NCBI GenBank assembly: GCA_964016885.1
Contig: OZ024740.1
Location: forward strand, 35,774,001 to 35,838,000
Length of the DNA stretch: 64,000 nucleotides
Source: Eledone cirrhosa
Lineage: Eukaryota
Direction of reading: 5' to 3'
This document shows positions 57,299 to 64,000 of the stretch, piece by piece. A model generated the notes under the pieces. The model made no database searches. It was not told the DNA's origin and was given only the letters and a program-made list of their open reading frames with translations. Every line of letters begins with the position of its first letter. Within the stretch, counting starts at the first letter, position 1. The position numbers were made by a program, and so were the translations under genes.

Positions 57299-58235
57299 CA
57301 TAGCTCAGTAGAGAGGTGTCTTATTCTAGTCACACAATAGCTCAGTAGAGAGGTGTCTCATTCTAGTCACACCATAGCTCAGTAGAGAGGTGTCTTATTC
57401 TAGTCACACAATAGCTCAGTAGAGAGGTGTCTTATTCTAGTCACACAATAGCTCAGTAGAGCTGTGTCTTATTCTAGTCACACAATAGCTCAGTAGAGAG
57501 GTGTCTTATTCTAGTCACACCATAGGTCAGTCGAGAGGTGTCTTATTCTAGTCACACCATAGGTCAGTAGAGAGGTGTCTTATTCTAGTCACACAATAGC
57601 TCAGTAGAGAGGTGTCTCATTCTAGTCACACAATAGCTCAGTAGAGAGGTGTCTTATTCTAGTCACACAATAGCTCAGTAGAGAGGTGTCTCATTCTAGT
57701 CACACAATAGCTCAGTAGAGAGGTGTCTTTTTCTAGTCACACAATAGCTCAGTAGAGAGGTGTCTTATTCTAGTCACACCATAGCTCAGTAGAGATGTGT
57801 CTTATTCTAGTCACACCATAGGTCAGTAGAGAGGTGTTTTATTCTAGTCACACGATAGCTCAGTAGAGAAGTGTCTTATTCTAGTCACACAATAGCTCAG
57901 TAGAGAGGTGCCTCATTCTAGTAACATTATAGTTTAGTAGAGAGGTGTCTTATTCTAGTCACACCATAGGTCAGTAGAGAGGTGTCTTATTCTAGTCACA
58001 CCATAGCTCAGTAAAGAGGTGTCTTATTCTAGTAACACTATAGTTTAGTAGCGAGGTGTCTTATTCTGGTCACACCATAGGTCAGTAGAGAGGTGTCTTA
58101 TTCTAGTAATACTATAGTTTAGTAGAGAGGTGTCTTATTCTGATCACGCCATAGTTTAGCAGAGAGGTGTCTTATTCTGGTCACACCATAGTTTAGTAGA
58201 GAGGTGTGTTATTCTGGTCACACCATATCTTAGTG
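57299..58235 (+). repeat. 37-bp minisatellite, ~25 copies, decaying to ~58410
   Basis: Unit TAGCTCAGTAGAGAGGTGTCTTATTCTAGTCACACAA at 57301, 57338 and onward; no spacers. Confidence 0.96.
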
Positions 58236-58559
58236 GAACGAGAAAGAGAAAGAGAGAGAGAGGAAAAGCGAGAGAGAGATGTATTATTTTAGTCACAATA
58301 TAGCTCACATAAGAGAGGTGTTTTATTTTAAGCACACCATAGCTCAGTAGAAAGAGAGGTATCGTATTCTATCCAAAGCATAGCTCAGGAGACAGGGTGT
58401 CTTATTCGAGTCAAAAAGCAACACGACCAGGCAATAAAACATTAGAGTTAAATATTTCAGCTCGATGAATGTTAGATTATTTTATGTCTATGTATAAGAT
58501 ATATTTCGAAAATATCATAATGAAATATAATTATAATTTTAGTTAATGAACGATGGTAA

Positions 58560-58745
58560 ATGGTGGATTGGCAGTATCGGTAGAGGGTCGGAGCCATGCT
58601 TTGCAGGAAAGAGTTACGGGCCTTTATGGTCTGAGTTCAAATCCCGCCGAGGTTAACTTTGCCTTTCATCCTTACGGGGTCGATAAAATAAAGTACCAGT
58701 AATACACTGGGGTAATTGCAGGCCTTGTGTCCAAAGTAGAAACAA
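58560..58745 (+). mobile_element. tRNA-derived SINE
   Basis: Complete copy, reverse complement of 41568-41756. Confidence 0.9.
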
Positions 58746-58871
58746 ATATTTAGCATTAATAAATTATTATTTAATAAATTCGCATTTACAAATTTTCAAC
58801 TTTGTATTCTAAATGAATGTCACAATTTTAAATGAAATATTTGAAATACATTTTTGTTTATATATTTTCAG

Positions 58872-59042
58872 AAATACAATACATTAGTTGGTGAAAAAGG
58901 AACTCAACTAAGTGGAGGTCAAAAACAAAGAATTGCTATTGCACGTGCTTTAGTTAGAAAACCCAAGATGTTGTTACTTGACGAGGCAACTTCAGCTTTA
59001 GACACCCTGAGTGAAAAGATTGTACAGAGTGCACTTGAAAAG
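58872..59042 (+). CDS. ABCB1-like: ABCB1/MDR-like exon (ABC signature + Walker B), 171 bp
   Basis: ATTTTCAG|[57 protein letters not shown]|GTACC; in frame with the previous exon. Confidence 0.95.
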
Positions 59043-62000
59043 GTACCTTTTGTCTGTTATATACACTTCACAACACTGTCACAACTAATATATTTATATT
59101 GTACATTTCACAAGATTATATACACTTCACAACACTGTCACAACTAATATATCTGTACTGTACACTTCACAAGATTATATACACTTCACAAGATTGTCAT
59201 AACTAATAAATCTATACTGTACACTTTACCTGTTATATACACTTCACAACATTGTCAAAACTAATATATCTATATTGTACACTTTACCTGTTATATACAC
59301 TTCACAACACTGTCACAACTAATATATCTGTATTGTACACATTATCTGTTATATACACTTCACAACACTGTCACAACTAATATATCTGTAGTGTACACTT
59401 AAACCGTTATACAAACCTTACAACACTGACACAACTAATATATCTGTATTGTAACTTTATCTGTTATATGAACTTCAGAACACTGTCACAACTAATATAT
59501 CTGTATTGTACACTTTATTTGTTATATACACCTCACAGAACTGTCACAACTAATACATCTCATTTGTACACTTTATCTGTTATATACACTTCACAACACT
59601 GTCACAACTAATATATCTGTACTGTACACTTTATCTGCAATATACAACTCACAACTAATATATGTATATTGTACACATTATATGTTATATACACGTCACA
59701 ACATTGTCATGACTAATATATCTGTATTGTACACATAATCTGTTACATACACTTCACAAAACTGTCAAAAGTAAAATATCTGTATTTCTACACTTTATCT
59801 GTTAAATACGCTTCACAACACTGTCTCAACTAATATATCTATATTGTACAATCTTCCTGTTATATACACATCACAACACTGTCACAACTAATATATCTAT
59901 ATTGTACATTTTATGTGTTATATACACTTCACAACACTGTCACAACTAATATATCTGTATTGAACACTGTATCTGTTATATACACCTCACAGCACTGTCG
60001 CAACTAATATAACTATATTGTACACTTTATATGTTATATATATCTGACAACACTGTGACAACTAATATATCTGTATTGTATACTTTACCTGTTATATACA
60101 CTTCACAACACTGTCACAACTTATATATCTGTAGTGTACACTTAATCCGTTATACAAACCTTACAACACTGACACAACTAATATATCTGTATGGTACACT
60201 TTACCTGTTATATAGACTTCACAACATTGTCACAACTAATATATCTATACTGTACACTTTATCTGTTATATACACCTCACAACACTGTCACAACTAATAT
60301 ATCTATACTGTACACTTTATCTGTTATATACACCTCACAACACTGTCATAACTAATGTATCTATATTGTACACTTTATCTGTTATATTCATTTCAGAACA
60401 CTGTCACAACTAATATTTCTGTATTGTACACTTTATTTGTTATATACACCTCACAGCACTGTCACAACTAATATATCTGTATTGTACACATTACCAGTTA
60501 TATACACTTCACAACACTGTCACAACTAATATATCGTTATTGTACACTTCATCGGTTATATACATCTCACAGCACTGTCACAACTAATACATCTCTACTG
60601 TACACTTTATCTGTTATATACACTTCACAACACTGTCACAACTAATACATCTGTATTGTACACATTATCTGTTATATACACTTCACAACACTACTACAAC
60701 TAATGTATCTATATTGTACAATTCATCTGTTATATACACTTCACAACACTGTCACGACTAATATATCTGTATTGTACACTTTATCCGTTATATAAACTTT
60801 ACAACACTGTCACAACATATATATTCGCATTGTACACTTTATCTGTTATATACACCTCTCAACACTGTCACAACTAATATATTTATATTGTACACTGAAT
60901 CTGTTATACAAAACTTACAACACTGTCACAACTAATATATCTGTATTGTACACTTTACCTGTTATATACACTTCACAACATTGTCACAACTAATACATCT
61001 CATCTGTATACTTTATCTGTTATATACACCGCACAACACTGTCACAACTAATATATCTGTACTATACACTTTACCTGTTATAGAAACCTCACAACACTGT
61101 CACAACTAATATATCCGTATTGTACACTTTACCTGTTATATACACATCACATCACTGTCAGAACTAATATATCTCTACTGTACACTTTATCGGTTTTATA
61201 TACCTCACAACTAATATATGTATATTGTAAACTTTATATGTTATATACACTTCACAACACTGTTACAACTAATATATCTCTATTGTACACTGTATCTGTT
61301 ATATACACATCAGAACACTGTCACAACTAATATATCTTGTTGTACACTTTATCTGTTTTATATATCTCACAACACTGTCACAACTGATATATCTATATTG
61401 TACACTTTATCTGTTATATACAACTCACAACACTGTCACAACTAACATATCTGTATTGTTCACGTTATCTGTTATATACACTTCACAACACTGCCACAAC
61501 ACATATATTCGTATTATACACATTATCTGTTATATACACCTCACAACACTGTCACAACTAATATATTTATATTGTACACTTTATCTGTTATATACACGTC
61601 ACAACACTGTCACAACTAATATATCTATATTGTACATTGTACTTGTTATATAAACATCACATCACTGTCAGAACTAATATATCTCTACTCTACATTTTAT
61701 TGGTTATATACACCTCACACCTAATATATGTATATTGTAAACTTTATACGTTATATACACTTCACAACACTGTTACAACTAATATATCTGTATTGTACAC
61801 TTTACCAGTTATATACACCTCACAACACTGTCGCAACTAATATATCTATATTGTACAACTTTTCTGTTATATACACTTCACAACACTGTTACAACTAATA
61901 TATCCCTTCTGTACACTTTATCTGTTATTTACACTTCACACACTGTCACAACTAATATATCTATATTGTACACTTTATCTGTTATTTACAATTCACACAC

Positions 62001-64000
62001 TGTCACAATTAATATATCCGTACTGTACACTTTATCCGTTATATACACTTCAAAACACTGTCACTACTAATATATCTATATTGTATATTTTACCTGTTCT
62101 ATACACATCACAACACTGTCATAACTAATATATCTCTACTTTACACTTTATCGGTTATATACACCTCACAACTAATATATGTATATTGTAAACTTTATAT
62201 GTTATATACACATCACAACACTATCACAACTAATAGATCTATACTGTACGCATTATCTGTTATATACACTTTACAACAAAGTCACAACTAATATATCTGT
62301 ATTGTACACATATTCTGTTATATAAACCTCACAACACTGTCACAACTAATATATCTATATTCTACATTTAATCTGTTATATACACTTCAGAACACTGTCA
62401 CAACTGATATCTATATTGTACACTATATCTGTTATATACACCTCACAGCACTGTCACAACTAATACATCTCTTCTGTACACTTCATCTGTTTTATACACT
62501 TCATAACACTGTCACAACTAATATATCTGTCCTGTACACTTTATCTGTTATTTACCCTTCACAACACTGTCACAACTAATGTATTTTATTGTACACTTTA
62601 TCTGTTATATACACTTCACAACACTGTTACAACCAATATATCTGTGTTGTACACTTTACCTGTTATATACACCTCACAGCACTGTCACAACTAATATATC
62701 TATATTGTAACCTTTACCTGTTATATACAGTTCACCACACTGTCACAACTAATATATCTGTATTGTACACACTATCTCTTATATAAACTTCACAACACTA
62801 TCACGACTAATATATCTATATTGTAGACTTTACCTGTTATATACACCTCACAACACTGTCACAACTAATATATCTGTATTGTACACTTTATCTGTTATAT
62901 ACACCTCACAACACTGTCACAACTAATACATCTATATTGTACATTTTACCTGTTATATACACATTTCATCACTGTCAGAACAAATATATCTATACTTTAC
63001 ACTTTATCGGTTATATACACCTCACAACTAATATATGTATATTGTAAACTTTATCTGTTATATACACCTCACAACACTGTCACAACTAATATATCTATAT
63101 TGTACTCTTTATCTGTTATATACACTTCACAACACTATCACAACTAATATATCTGTACTTTCCACTTTATCTGTTATATACACCTCACAACACTGTCACA
63201 ACTAATATATTTGTATTGTACACTTTATCTGTTATATACACCTCACAACACTGTCCCTATTAATATATCTATATTGTACACTTTATCTGTTATATACACC
63301 TCAGAGCACTGTCACAACAAATACATCTCTTCTGTACACTTTATCTGTTATTTACACTTCACACACTGTCACAACTAATATATCCGTATTGTACACTTTA
63401 TCCGTTATATATACTTCACAAGACTGTTACAACTAATATATCTATATTGTAGACTTTACCTGTTATATACACCTCACAACACTGTCACAACTAATATATC
63501 TGTATTGTACACTTTATCTGTTATATACACTTCACAACACTGTCACAACATATATATTCGCATTGTACACTTTATCTGTTATATACACCTCACAACACTA
63601 TCACAACTAATATATCTATATTGTACATGTTACCTGTTTTATACACATCACATCACTGTCATAATTAATATATCTCTACTTTACACATTATCGGTTACAT
63701 ACACCTCGCAACTAATATATGTATATTGTAAACTTTATATGTTATATACACCTCACAACACTGTCACAACTAATATACCTATATTGTACACGTTATCTGT
63801 TATATGTACCTCACAACACTGTCTCAACTAATATATCTATATTGTACACTTTACCTGTTGTATACACCTCACAGCACCGCCACAAGTAATACATCTCTAC
63901 TGTACACTTTTATCTGTTATATACACTTACCAACACTGTCACAACTAATATATTTGAACTGTACCCTTTATCTGTTATATAAACCTTACAAAACTGTCAC
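59043..64000 (+). repeat. 58-bp intronic satellite, ~85 copies, running off the window
   Basis: Unit TGTCACAACTAATATATCTGTATTGTACACTTTATCTGTTATATACACTTCACAACAC. Confidence 0.97.

Noticed and set aside
57299-58235. CRISPR-like 37-bp repeat array
   Set aside because: Units are contiguous with no unique spacers, there are no cas genes, and the context is a eukaryotic intron.
60031-63831. Short ORFs in the 58-bp satellite (and at 18113-18978)
   Set aside because: They are translations of tandem repeats.

Overview
Eukaryotic, AT-rich, repeat-dominated DNA. The SINE types and huge (TA)n tracts suggest a mollusc, probably an octopus-like cephalopod (inference only). The only clear host-gene sequence is two + strand exons of an ABCB1/P-glycoprotein-type ABC transporter (56468-56671, 58872-59042). 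I found no preceding Walker-A exon, so most of the window is probably one very large intron. It is filled with: several Penelope-like (PLE)/retrozyme-like elements carrying hammerhead-ribozyme motifs at (TA)n tracts; one intact CR1-group LINE; a ~26-kb nest of R4/Dong and Tx1/L1 LINEs joined at (TAA)n tracts; an internally deleted Helitron; tRNA-derived SINEs; and 37-bp and 58-bp tandem arrays. The main candidates for novelty are: (1) the intact LINE, whose ORF2 has no AUG before its endonuclease domain and overlaps ORF1 in the -1 frame across in-phase slippery heptamers; (2) a 593-bp non-coding retrozyme-like unit with a U3-A8 variant hammerhead; (3) a 2.3-kb composite insertion carrying a BTB/BACK-like exon. 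All calls are by eye and boundaries of degenerate elements are approximate.
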